Shown here one piece after another: positions 9,136 to 17,812 of a stretch of DNA of 34,441 nt. The notes under the pieces are model-generated. The model worked only from the letters and a program-made list of their open reading frames with translations. It did no database searches and was not told the DNA's origin. The stretch's first letter is position 1. Each line of letters opens with the position of its first letter. The position numbers and the translations under genes were made by a program. The stretch comes from a virus: the UHGV virus genome UHGV-0156988; one strand, written 5' to 3'.

Positions 9136-9735
9136 ATGGAAAGTAATATCAAAGGGTTAGTTGCCGCCGGGCATGAGATGGCTTCGGAACTGAAAGCAGA
9201 ATGTGGTGCCGTTGATATGCGCAGTGTGGCAAAGATGATCAGCGATTTGGCAACGCAACTGGAAGTGCAACTGGTGCGTGCTAATGCGCTGGCCGAAGAC
9301 CAGCAGAAAACGATTGAGTCAATTAAGCAGGCTGATGCGGCTGTTAAGTTGGCACACGAGAAGTTTTCGGCGCTGGCGGCGGAGAATGCGGGGCTGAAGG
9401 CTGGAATACTGCAGGCATCAGAAGATATGGAAGCACACCATGATGACTATGCCCTATTCAGCTATGACGCTGACGGCGAGCAAATGGACGCGCTATTACG
9501 GCTTTGTGACGCTCAGGATTCAATAGCATCGCTGGAGGATGTCAAAACCCCAGCCACCGACGCCTTCCTGGCTGAAGTGCGGGCGCAGGGCGTGGAGATG
9601 TTTGAACAGTGGTGTAGAGGTGAGCGCGATTTTACTCTCATTGATGAGGATGTTGCTGATGCAGCGGCTTATGAAGAATGCGTAAAAAGAGCTGAATATT
9701 TCGCCGCCCAGCTTCGCAAAGGAGGCAACCAGTGA
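9136..9735 (+). CDS. Hypothetical protein
   Basis: 199-aa acidic ORF with SD GAGGGTAAAG; no recognised motif. Confidence 0.5.
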   Translation: MESNIKGLVAAGHEMASELKAECGAVDMRSVAKMISDLATQLEVQLVRANALAEDQQKTIESIKQADAAVKLAHEKFSALAAENAGLKAGILQASEDMEAHHDDYALFSYDADGEQMDALLRLCDAQDSIASLEDVKTPATDAFLAEVRAQGVEMFEQWCRGERDFTLIDEDVADAAAYEECVKRAEYFAAQLRKGGNQ

Positions 9736-10031
9736 GTGTATGTCTTATTGATAAACGCCGACGTGGGCAACAAATACCATCTGTTGGAATGCCGAATCAC
9801 ACATGGTTTTGCGTACTTGATATCGATGGTATGGATGCGTTGATTGACACTCGTCATTACTGCGATACCGCAACAGCTACTCCGACGAAAGCAAAGAAAA
9901 TGGCTGCTCTGATAGAAAACTGGACTCCACCTGATGGTTGGTGCAATGGGAATGATCGAGATTGGCATGAAAAAATGAAGGGCTATATCTGCGATTTCTT
10001 ACGTAAATGCAACGGCTTCAGGGTGATGTGA
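9732..10031 (+). CDS. Hypothetical Cys-rich protein
   Basis: 99 aa; GTG start overlapping previous stop. Confidence 0.4.
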   Translation: MSVCLIDKRRRGQQIPSVGMPNHTWFCVLDIDGMDALIDTRHYCDTATATPTKAKKMAALIENWTPPDGWCNGNDRDWHEKMKGYICDFLRKCNGFRVM

Positions 10032-10032
10032 T

Positions 10033-10767
10033 ATGACCAAAATTAACTATCAGGCACTGCGTGAAAAGGCAGAGAAAGCAACGTGTGGTGTGTGGTCGCT
10101 CGAATATGGAGAGGAGAGATTTGATGGTGATGATGCACTAATTCATCGCGAGGCTGCTGGATATATTCCCATTTGCAGAATTGAAGGAGCGCATCCTGAA
10201 AGCGGTTTCGATGAAGATTTCCAAATGGAACAGCAGGCCAATGCTGAATTCATCGCCGCAGCCAGTCCAGCTACCGTGCTGGCACTGCTGGATGAACGGG
10301 AAAGAAACCAGCAATACATAAAACGCCGCGATCAGGAGAACGAGGATATTGCGCTTACGGTTGGGAAGCTGCGCGTTGAGCTGGAAGGCAAAGACAGCAA
10401 AATAGCCAATCTTACCGCCGAACGCGATGCTCTTCGTGAAGGTGAGATGGGCGACGCTAGGCATAGCAACACACGGGCCGCAGCTGATATCTACTTCCAA
10501 CTGGTCGAGGAGTGCGAAATTCCTGCTGGCGGATCTCTGGTCGAGTACGTTGACGATATGCGCGAGAAGCTGGAAGCCGCAGAGAAGCGCATAGCAGAGC
10601 TGGAGTTGCGGGAGGTTGTGCTTCCGCAATGCTATAGCATGTTGCATCGCGTCGATTTTGACGAGCCTTACCACACTGAAATGGTTTACAGGCAGCATCA
10701 GGTTCTTGAGGCACTGCACAACGCTGGAATAAACGTCACCGAATCAGGTAAAGGAGAGGCATCATGA
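10033..10767 (+). CDS. Ea22-like prophage protein
   Basis: 244 aa; QQANAEFIAAASPATVLALLDE and coiled-coil segment resemble Ea22-like family as recalled. Confidence 0.5.
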   Translation: MTKINYQALREKAEKATCGVWSLEYGEERFDGDDALIHREAAGYIPICRIEGAHPESGFDEDFQMEQQANAEFIAAASPATVLALLDERERNQQYIKRRDQENEDIALTVGKLRVELEGKDSKIANLTAERDALREGEMGDARHSNTRAAADIYFQLVEECEIPAGGSLVEYVDDMREKLEAAEKRIAELELREVVLPQCYSMLHRVDFDEPYHTEMVYRQHQVLEALHNAGINVTESGKGEAS

Positions 10768-11765
10768 GCACTATCACAAGAGAATGGCTGCAGCAGGCTA
10801 TCAACGATTATGAAAGCGTTCGTGATGAGCTTCCTTTCGGGCTTGATGATTACCAGGGGAATATCCTGGCTGCCCTGCGTATCGCACTGGCATCGCTGGA
10901 ATCAGAGCCGGTGGCGTGGTTGCTGTCAGGAGGCGGGGCAAAAAACAACGTCAGCTTCGATAGTGGCAATGCTTATGCCGACCCGCTGCGAGAAGTAACG
11001 CCGCTTTACACCGCCCCGCCAGCGCCGGTATCTGTGCCCGCTGCGATGGAAATTGATGATGACTTTGACAGCGCGTTTGAACACGGAAAAGCTGTCGGCT
11101 GGAACGCCTATCGCGCCGCCATGCTTCAGGCCGAACCTGTAAGTAATAGTGATGAGTTACCGCTGGACTATCTGCAAGGACACAAAGACGGCCTGGAGTG
11201 GGCTGCACAACAGGCAGAGGCCAATCATCCGCAAACAGGTGACTGGTTGTACGATGACCCAATCGAGCTTGCCAGGGCGATTCGCAAAGGTCCGGATATT
11301 CCTGAATTTAAGTCAGTATCTGTTGATGAGGATGATAACTTCTACTCGTGGTTTGGCAGGTTCTGGTATGAAAATTATCAGAAAAATAATTACACAACAT
11401 CTGCAAAACAGATGCTTGGTACGATGGCTGAATTTGCCTATAGGGCAGGTAGAGAGTCGGCAGCGCTGGCTGGCAACTCTCCGGTAATTCCGGATGGTTG
11501 GATAAGCTGTAGTGAGCTAATGCCAGATGATGGTCAGCACGTAATTATTTTATGTGATGGCGCATTCGTTCTTTATGCGCAATATCGAGACGGAGAGTTT
11601 TTCGATATTGTCCGCAATGGTGATGAATTTTTCGAAACACAGAGTCGCAATGTAACCCACTGGATGCCGCTACCAGAACCGCCGCAGGGGGTGAAGTCAG
11701 CGTTTGAACATGGAATGCAGCGTTACGCCGGTGCTATGCAAAAACTGTCTGAAGGTGATAAGTGA
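10764..11765 (+). CDS. DUF551-domain prophage protein
   Basis: 333 aa; C-terminal W..C.E..P..G..V....DG region resembles DUF551 as recalled. Confidence 0.5.
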   Translation: MSTITREWLQQAINDYESVRDELPFGLDDYQGNILAALRIALASLESEPVAWLLSGGGAKNNVSFDSGNAYADPLREVTPLYTAPPAPVSVPAAMEIDDDFDSAFEHGKAVGWNAYRAAMLQAEPVSNSDELPLDYLQGHKDGLEWAAQQAEANHPQTGDWLYDDPIELARAIRKGPDIPEFKSVSVDEDDNFYSWFGRFWYENYQKNNYTTSAKQMLGTMAEFAYRAGRESAALAGNSPVIPDGWISCSELMPDDGQHVIILCDGAFVLYAQYRDGEFFDIVRNGDEFFETQSRNVTHWMPLPEPPQGVKSAFEHGMQRYAGAMQKLSEGDK

Positions 11766-11921
11766 TGGATTATCTCTTACTTTTCTACTCTGGAGGCGTC
11801 TTAGGCTGCATGCCTTTTCACTGGCAACTTCGTCGCAACGAGAAGGTCATGTATCGAGTCATAAATACCGTCATCTGCTCCGCCATCTGGCCGATATTGC
11901 AAACTCCCAAGGTGAATATCA

Positions 11922-12260
11922 ATGGCTAAATCCGCAGCAGAACGCAAAGCCGCTCAGAGAGCAAGACAAGCTGCATCTGGTGTGCGTAAGCTGGAAATTG
12001 TGCTTGATGCTCAGGAAATTGAAATGCTGGAGCGTAACTGTGCCACTCGTCGCCCCGGGCGTGCACCTTACGAATTTGGTGAGTATATAGCGTTACTGAT
12101 CCGCCAGGATGATGCACGTGTGCGCGGGCGTATAAAATCGATCAGCAGAAAACGTTGCGGTAAGTGCGGCGAGAGAGTTCCAGTTAATTCATGCCCGTGT
12201 AATGGTGACTCGCAATGCTGGGTGACTAAAGGCTGGCATGAAACGAAATTAATAGTGTGA
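11922..12260 (+). CDS. Hypothetical DNA-binding protein, RHH-like N-terminus plus Cys4 zinc ribbon
   Basis: 112 aa; basic helical N-terminus (AERKAAQRARQAASGVRKLEIVLD) and C-terminal CGKCG...CPC cluster; SD AAGGTGAAT; stop lies inside TGTGACATGTCACG motif. Confidence 0.5.
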   Translation: MAKSAAERKAAQRARQAASGVRKLEIVLDAQEIEMLERNCATRRPGRAPYEFGEYIALLIRQDDARVRGRIKSISRKRCGKCGERVPVNSCPCNGDSQCWVTKGWHETKLIV

Positions 12261-12309
12261 CATGTCACGAGTAGATTATGCATGATGAATTTGACGGGTT
12301 TTGAATACT

Positions 12310-12335
12310 GCCGCCAACTATGGCGGCTTTATTTT
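12310..12335 (+). terminator. Rho-independent terminator upstream of terminase operon
   Basis: GCCGCCA-ACTA-TGGCGGC hairpin followed by TTTATTTT. Confidence 0.6.
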
Positions 12336-12346
12336 GCATGGTACTA

Positions 12347-12379
12347 TTACCACAACGGTAACTATTACCACGGTGGTTA
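12347..12379 (+). promoter_or_regulatory. Two adjacent operator sites immediately upstream of terS
   Basis: TTACC-ACAAC-GGTAA 12347-12361 (perfect) and TTACC-ACGGT-GGTTA 12365-12379; second site overlaps terS start codon. Confidence 0.5.
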
Positions 12380-12975
12380 TGATGTCTGCTGAACCTAAAA
12401 CCTATAAACGCAAATCAACGCAATTTAAGCCACTAACAGCAATGCAGGAGGCTTATTGCCTGTCATACATCAAAACGCCTGAAAACCAGACTCAGGCAGC
12501 GATTAACGCAGGATTCTCCCCAAATACAGCGGCAGTTAAAGCCAGTGTCATGATGCGTGATGAACGCATTAAAAAACGGATTGCCGAGTTGATGGAGGAG
12601 CGCAACAAACGAATGCGCGTCAGTGCTGATTACGTTCTCATGCGCCTGGTGGAGATCGACCAGATGGACGTGATTGATATCCTCAACGACGATGGGAGTC
12701 TTAAGCCAATCCGCGAGTGGCCGAAAATATGGCGCACTACGCTTAGCGGCTTTGATCTGTCATCGACCATCATGAACATGAACGAGGATTCGATAGAGAC
12801 AATCCTCAAAAAAATTAAATGGCCTGACAAGGTGAAGAACCTCGAACTGATTGGCAAGCACGTCGATGTCAATGCATTCAAAGAACGCCTGGATGTTAAT
12901 GTGAATGTGACAATTGCTGATCGCATAGCGGCAGCCAGGAAGCGACTCAAAGAACGTCAGGATGGTAATCAGTGA
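12379..12975 (+). CDS. Terminase small subunit
   Basis: About 199 aa; immediately upstream of and overlapping terminase large subunit; start moved from ORF-track 12301 because a terminator and operators lie in that extension. Confidence 0.7.
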   Translation: MMSAEPKTYKRKSTQFKPLTAMQEAYCLSYIKTPENQTQAAINAGFSPNTAAVKASVMMRDERIKKRIAELMEERNKRMRVSADYVLMRLVEIDQMDVIDILNDDGSLKPIREWPKIWRTTLSGFDLSSTIMNMNEDSIETILKKIKWPDKVKNLELIGKHVDVNAFKERLDVNVNVTIADRIAAARKRLKERQDGNQ

Positions 12976-14447
12976 CAGATACAGCGTTATCTCCTGAAGA
13001 GCAGTTGATCGAGGATATTGCAGGGTTCACTCACGATCCGCTTGGCTATGCCCTCTATGCGTTCCCGTGGGGGGAAGAGGGGACTGAACTGGCACATGCC
13101 ACCGGCCCACATCAGTGGCAGGCTGATGCGTTCCGAGAGATACGTGATCACCTGCAGAATCCAGAGACGCGCTATCAGCCGCTTATGCTGGCACGCGCTT
13201 CTGGTCACGGTATTGGTAAATCCGCATTCATCTCAATGCTGATCAACTGGGGCATGTCCACTTGCGAGGATTGTAAGGTCGTGGTGACCGCCAACACCGA
13301 CAACCAGCTACGAACGAAGACCTGGCCGGAAATTATCAAGTGGTCGAACCTTGCCATCACGAAAGACTGGTTTACCTGTACCGCTACCGCGATGTACAGC
13401 AATGATCCTGGGCACGACAAGCGGTGGCGAGCTGACGCAATCCCCTGGTCTGAGCACAACACTGAGGCATTCGCCGGACTACACAACGAGCGCAAACGCA
13501 TCATCGTGGTTTTCGACGAAGCATCCAACATTGCCGATCTGGTGTGGGAGGTAGCAGAGGGTGCGCTGACGGACGAAGACACCGAAATCATCTGGGTGGC
13601 GTTCGGGAACCCGACGCGTAATACCGGGCGTTTCCGCGAATGTTTCCGCAAATATAAACACCGCTGGAAAACTGCGCAGATTGACAGCCGGACGGTGGAA
13701 GGCACCAACAAACAGCAGTTGCAGAAATGGGTTGATGACTACGGGGAAGACAGCGACTTCGTTAAAATCCGTGTGCGCGGCATATTCCCTGATGCATCTG
13801 AATTGCAGTTTATCCCTACCGGTCTTACTGACGAGGCAATGAAACGGGTGGTAACTGCTGCGCAGGTGGCACATGCTCCGGTGATAATCGGCGTTGACCC
13901 TGCATACTCCGGTGTTGATGACGCGGTGATATACCTGCGGCAGGGGCTGCACAGTAAGGTGCTGTGGACCGGCAACAAGACCACTGACGATCTGATTATG
14001 GCAAAGCGTATCGCTGACTTTGAAGACCAGTATCAGGCTGACGCGGTGTTCATCGACTTCGGTTACGGTACCGGGCTGAAGTCAATCGGTGACGGTTGGG
14101 GGCGCACATGGCAACTTGTTCCGTTCGGTGGTGCGTCCACTGACCCGCAGATGCTTAACAAGCGTGGGGAGATGTTCAACTCATGCAAGACATGGCTGAG
14201 GCTGGGCGGCATGCTGGATGACCAGGAAACAGCGGACGACCTGTCGGCGGCAGAGTACAAAGTTCGAGTGGACGGTAAAATCGTTATCGAACCGAAGGAA
14301 GATATCAAGGAGCGGCTTGGGCGTTCGCCGGGTAAAGGCGATGCGCTACTGCTGACGTTTGCGTTCCCTGTGTCTAAGCGTCTGCGAATTCCCGGGCAGC
14401 AGAACCAGCAAGGCAAGGCCATTACAGATTACGATCCCTATGCTTAA
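12972..14447 (+). CDS. Terminase large subunit
   Basis: 491 aa; Walker A-like ARASGHGIGKS and C-terminal nuclease region; GTG start overlapping terS stop. Confidence 0.88.
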   Translation: MTDTALSPEEQLIEDIAGFTHDPLGYALYAFPWGEEGTELAHATGPHQWQADAFREIRDHLQNPETRYQPLMLARASGHGIGKSAFISMLINWGMSTCEDCKVVVTANTDNQLRTKTWPEIIKWSNLAITKDWFTCTATAMYSNDPGHDKRWRADAIPWSEHNTEAFAGLHNERKRIIVVFDEASNIADLVWEVAEGALTDEDTEIIWVAFGNPTRNTGRFRECFRKYKHRWKTAQIDSRTVEGTNKQQLQKWVDDYGEDSDFVKIRVRGIFPDASELQFIPTGLTDEAMKRVVTAAQVAHAPVIIGVDPAYSGVDDAVIYLRQGLHSKVLWTGNKTTDDLIMAKRIADFEDQYQADAVFIDFGYGTGLKSIGDGWGRTWQLVPFGGASTDPQMLNKRGEMFNSCKTWLRLGGMLDDQETADDLSAAEYKVRVDGKIVIEPKEDIKERLGRSPGKGDALLLTFAFPVSKRLRIPGQQNQQGKAITDYDPYA

Positions 14448-14497
14448 TCCGTTAGCGGGGATAATGACGGAGACATCCTCTGGTGAGGATAAAACAA

Positions 14498-14517
14498 AGC
14501 CAGCTCATCGGCTGGCT
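14498..14517. terminator. Bidirectional terminator hairpin between convergent terL and 14538-14909 gene
   Basis: AGCCAGC-TCATCG-GCTGGCT hairpin; T-rich on minus strand; immediately followed by TGTGACATGTCACG at 14521-14534. Confidence 0.5.
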
Positions 14518-14537
14518 GTTTGTGACATGTCACGGTG

Positions 14538-14909
14538 TTATTGCTCGCTTAACTTCTGCTTCAGCAAGTAACCTTCAAGCATCCAGATTTTGTTTACAGC
14601 ATTCTGCCGGGCAATCTTCCGACCAATTTCCGCATCAAAGTTTTCCGGGCTTGCACAGGCGCTCTCTCCGGTGACGGTGAAGCCGTTGCGCAGCACCAGA
14701 ACGCAGAACGTCAGCAGAGAAAGTGATTCGTGCGGCTGGTAGTTTACCTCTCCGCCAGTATGTTTCGCTTTTATGGCTACGCCAAAGACACCATCTTCTG
14801 CTGTGAAATATGCCTCCTGAGCAATAATGCTCTCGATATGGTCTGGCGTAACGCGCGGCGCGGCTAAACCTTTAGCCTGAATTTCAGATTCAATGTCTTT
14901 GTCACTCAT
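14538..14909 (-). CDS. Hypothetical protein (possibly Gp49/Sf6 gp66-like family)
   Basis: 123 aa; reverse orientation to flanking late genes; SD AAGGTGAG; family call is a loose recollection. Confidence 0.5.
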   Translation of the reverse strand: MSDKDIESEIQAKGLAAPRVTPDHIESIIAQEAYFTAEDGVFGVAIKAKHTGGEVNYQPHESLSLLTFCVLVLRNGFTVTGESACASPENFDAEIGRKIARQNAVNKIWMLEGYLLKQKLSEQ

Positions 14910-14925
14910 AGTCTAATCTCACCTT

Positions 14926-14949
14926 AAAAAAATGCCCGGCGAACCGGGC
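14926..14949 (-). terminator. Rho-independent terminator between tRNA and 14538-14909 gene
   Basis: On minus strand GCCCGG-TTCG-CCGGGC followed by T7, which runs directly into the SD of the downstream gene. Confidence 0.5.
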
Positions 14950-15112
14950 GAACTGGAAGCAATGAGTTATGCCTTCCGTGGCTGTACTGGTTTACAGCAT
15001 GAAGTCATCGCAATGGCGTCCTGCTGTAAAAAGGGCGGTGATAGTCCTTCAAGGGAAACCATCACCGCCAAGCCCCTGGAACTTCTGGCATCACGGTCCT
15101 TAGGCGTGATTC

Positions 15113-15189
15113 TGGCGTGGCATGCAGGATTCGAACCTGCGACCAACCGCTTAGAAGGCGGTTGCTCTGTCCAACTGAGCTAATGCCAC
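15113..15189 (-). tRNA. tRNA-Arg, anticodon UCU
   Basis: 77-nt cloverleaf folded by hand: acceptor GTGGCAT/ATGCCAC, D-arm GCTC/GAGC, anticodon stem ACCGC/GCGGT with loop CTTCTAA, T-arm GCAGG-TTCGAAT-CCTGC, discriminator G, encoded CCA. Confidence 0.88.
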
Positions 15190-15511
15190 AACGCTGAGAG
15201 CACTTAGCCTGTTAAGGCGCCACACTTTGTCGCGGCTCCATAAATGCTCTCATCGTTGCACCCTCGTCTCTTCCGAGGCGTCACACCGAATCGCCGGGAT
15301 GGTGAATCCCCGTGCGCGGAATAAAACCGCTCGACTTGCACATTCCGGCTACCTGGTTCGTTTGCCCGAGCAAGGGAGGGTGCCCCTTAAACGTATCCAG
15401 ACCGCTATCGGCGCATGTGCCATACGCCGTACTGCTCAAAATAAAATCTCACTCCACCTGTTCAATTTAACGACAAGCCAGTCAGGTTAATAACAGGAAT
15501 GCACTCTCTGC

Positions 15512-15526
15512 TTACCTGAAAGGTAA
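15512..15526 (+). promoter_or_regulatory. Operator site upstream of virion operon
   Basis: Perfect TTACC-TGAAA-GGTAA about 90 nt upstream of the first virion gene. Confidence 0.45.
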
Positions 15527-15616
15527 TAATTCGTGCGTTAAATGTCAACTGCCTACGATAAATAAATCATATGTGGTTAAATTGGTAATAATTTAATTGC
15601 GTACGGAGTCATTGAT

Positions 15617-15823
15617 ATGTGCATGGGTAGCTCACCATCAGTGCCTGCAACACCAGAAGTTCAGGCAGCACCACAGGAGCAGGATGCCGCCGTTGTTGAT
15701 GCCCGCGACGAAGAAACACGTCGCCGTCGCGCTGCTGCTGGTCGTAGTTCTACGCTGCTTACCGGTTCTCAGGGCGACACATCAACCGCTAATACCAGCG
15801 GTAAAACGCTGCTTGGTCAGTAA
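15617..15823 (+). CDS. Small virion-associated protein candidate (T7 gp6.7-like position)
   Basis: 68 aa; SD GGAG 8 nt upstream in a context (CGGAGTCATTGA) duplicated before the portal gene; begins MC..; low-complexity S/T/A-rich. Confidence 0.45.
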   Translation: MCMGSSPSVPATPEVQAAPQEQDAAVVDARDEETRRRRAAAGRSSTLLTGSQGDTSTANTSGKTLLGQ

Positions 15824-15837
15824 CCGGAGTCATTGAA

Positions 15838-17517
15838 ATGGCGGAAACAACTAAAGAGCGATTGAACAAACAGTTCGCACAACTTGAAAGCGAGCGTCAG
15901 TCGTTCGAGCCGCACTGGCGCGAGTTGAGTGATTACATCAACCCGCGTGGTTCCCGCTTTCTGACTTCTGAGGTCAACCGTAACGATCGACGCAATACAC
16001 GCATTATTGATTCGACCGGGACTATGGCGGCGCGCACTCTCGCCAGCGGCATGATGTCAGGCATCACAAGCCCCGCGCGTCCGTGGTTTCGCCTGGCTAC
16101 GCCAGATCCTGAAATGATGGATTATGGCCCTGTTAAGTTGTGGCTTGAGGCGGTGCAGAACCGTATGAACGATATGTTCAATAAGTCGAATCTCTATCAG
16201 TCGCTGCCGCAGTTATACGGAAGCCTCGGCACATACAGCACTGGTGCAATGGCGGTGCTGGAGGATGACGAGGACATCATTCGCACAATGCCATTCCCGA
16301 TAGGCAGTTACTACCTGGCTAACTCACCTCGTGGCAGTGTGGACACCTGTTTTCGCAAGTTCTCTATGACTGTTCGTCAGCTTGTTCAGGAATTCGGACT
16401 AAATAACGTCAGCGAATCCGTAAAAAGCATGTGGGAAAGCGGCACCTACGAGAAGTGGATTGAAGTGATGCATTCGGTTTACCCGAACATTGACCGCGAT
16501 ACATCGAAGCTGGATAGCAAGAACAAGCCATTCAAATCGGTTTATTACGAGGTTGGTGGCGATAACGACAAGTTGTTGCGTGAGTCCGGATTCGATGAGT
16601 TTCCAATTATGGCTCCGCGCTGGGAAGTTAACGGCGAAGATGTTTATGGATCATCATGCCCGGGCATGTTGGCGCTTGGACCTGTTAAAGCATTGCAGCT
16701 TCTTCAGAAGCGCAAGTCGCAGTTGATTGATAAAGCCACCAATCCGCCGATGGTTGCTCCGACTTCCCTCAAGAATCAGCGCGCCTCCCTTCTTCCTGGC
16801 GACATCACGTATATCGATCAGATTACTGGTCAGGATGGTTTCAGGCCTGCTTATCTGGTTAACCCCAGTACAGCAGATCTGGTAGCAGACATTCAGGATA
16901 CTCGCCAAATCATTAACAGCGCCTACTTTGTCGATCTGTTCATGATGTTGCAGAACATTAATACCCGCTCGATGCCTGTTGAAGCGGTGATCGAAATGAA
17001 AGAAGAAAAACTTCTGATGTTGGGGCCGGTTCTGGAGCGTCTGAACGACGAATGTCTTAACCCTCTCATTGACCGCGCTTTCTCGATGATGGTGCGTAAA
17101 AACATGCTGCCGCCACCGCCTGACGCGATGGAAGGTATGCCCCTGAAGGTCGAATACATTTCCGTCATGGCTCAGGCGCAGAAGTCTATCGGCCTGTCCA
17201 GTCTGGCGTCCACGGTTAACTTCATTGGTCAACTTGCGAAAGCGAAACCAGAAGCTCTCGACAAGCTCAACGTTGATCAGGCGATCGATGCATTCGCTGA
17301 TATGTCCGGAGTGTCTCCAACCGTCATTGTTCCGCAGGAACAGGTTGAGCAGGCTCGCCAGCAACGGGCACAGCAGCAACAGCAGCAACAAATGATGGCG
17401 ATGGGGATGGCGGCGGCACAGGGTGCCAAGACGCTAAGCGAAGCTAAAACTTCGGATCCGAGTGTGTTGTCAGCTATGGCGAATGCAGTTAGTGGTCAGG
17501 GTGGGCAATCACAATGA
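15838..17517 (+). CDS. Portal / head-to-tail connector protein, T7 gp8-like
   Basis: 559 aa; N-terminal and Gln-rich C-terminal tail (QQRAQQQQQQQMMAMGMAAAQG) resemble T7 gp8 as recalled. Confidence 0.8.
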   Translation: MAETTKERLNKQFAQLESERQSFEPHWRELSDYINPRGSRFLTSEVNRNDRRNTRIIDSTGTMAARTLASGMMSGITSPARPWFRLATPDPEMMDYGPVKLWLEAVQNRMNDMFNKSNLYQSLPQLYGSLGTYSTGAMAVLEDDEDIIRTMPFPIGSYYLANSPRGSVDTCFRKFSMTVRQLVQEFGLNNVSESVKSMWESGTYEKWIEVMHSVYPNIDRDTSKLDSKNKPFKSVYYEVGGDNDKLLRESGFDEFPIMAPRWEVNGEDVYGSSCPGMLALGPVKALQLLQKRKSQLIDKATNPPMVAPTSLKNQRASLLPGDITYIDQITGQDGFRPAYLVNPSTADLVADIQDTRQIINSAYFVDLFMMLQNINTRSMPVEAVIEMKEEKLLMLGPVLERLNDECLNPLIDRAFSMMVRKNMLPPPPDAMEGMPLKVEYISVMAQAQKSIGLSSLASTVNFIGQLAKAKPEALDKLNVDQAIDAFADMSGVSPTVIVPQEQVEQARQQRAQQQQQQQMMAMGMAAAQGAKTLSEAKTSDPSVLSAMANAVSGQGGQSQ

Positions 17518-17810
17518 CAGATTACGAAGACGATCAACTGAAAGAAGAAAACGACCGTAAGCAACGTGACATGGCACAGCGTGAAATTGATGACATTCGC
17601 TTTGTCATGAGCAGTGAACAGGGGCGTCGCGTTGTCTGGTCGGTGCTGGAGAAAGGCCGTGTGTTTTCCGCTATCTCACCGATGGACGCTATGGCAATGG
17701 CATTTAATGAGGGGCAACGCAATCTGGCGCTGGAACTGTTTCAGCGCGTTATGGCGCATTGCCCTGAACAGTATTTGAAGATGGCCAAAGAGGCCAGTGA
17801 ACAGGAGTGA
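17514..17810 (+). CDS. Hypothetical protein
   Basis: 98 aa; ATGA overlap with portal stop. Confidence 0.5.
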   Translation: MTDYEDDQLKEENDRKQRDMAQREIDDIRFVMSSEQGRRVVWSVLEKGRVFSAISPMDAMAMAFNEGQRNLALELFQRVMAHCPEQYLKMAKEASEQE

Positions 17811-17812
17811 TC

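Noticed and set aside
12257-12268. GTGACATGTCAC read as a CRP-binding site
   Set aside because: CRP sites are TGTGA-N6-TCACA; here the half-site spacing is wrong, and the shared sequence extends asymmetrically to TGTGACATGTCACG.
12301-12378. N-terminal extension of terS to the ORF-track start at 12301
   Set aside because: The extension contains a rho-independent terminator (12310-12335) and two operator sites; ATG 12379/12382 with SD GGTGG is a far better start.
13205-13711. Antisense or nested ORFs inside large genes (examples 13205-13711, 16654-17391, 20050-20529, 21062-21574, 24992-25474, 30146-30607)
   Set aside because: They are fully embedded in well-supported genes on the opposite strand or in another frame, have no RBS, and give low-complexity translations; treated as frame artefacts.
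14932-15490. Plus-strand ORFs 14932-15183 and 15227-15490 from the ORF track
   Set aside because: They overlap or abut the minus-strand tRNA-Arg and its flanks, have no RBS, and their translations are low-complexity; treated as non-coding.
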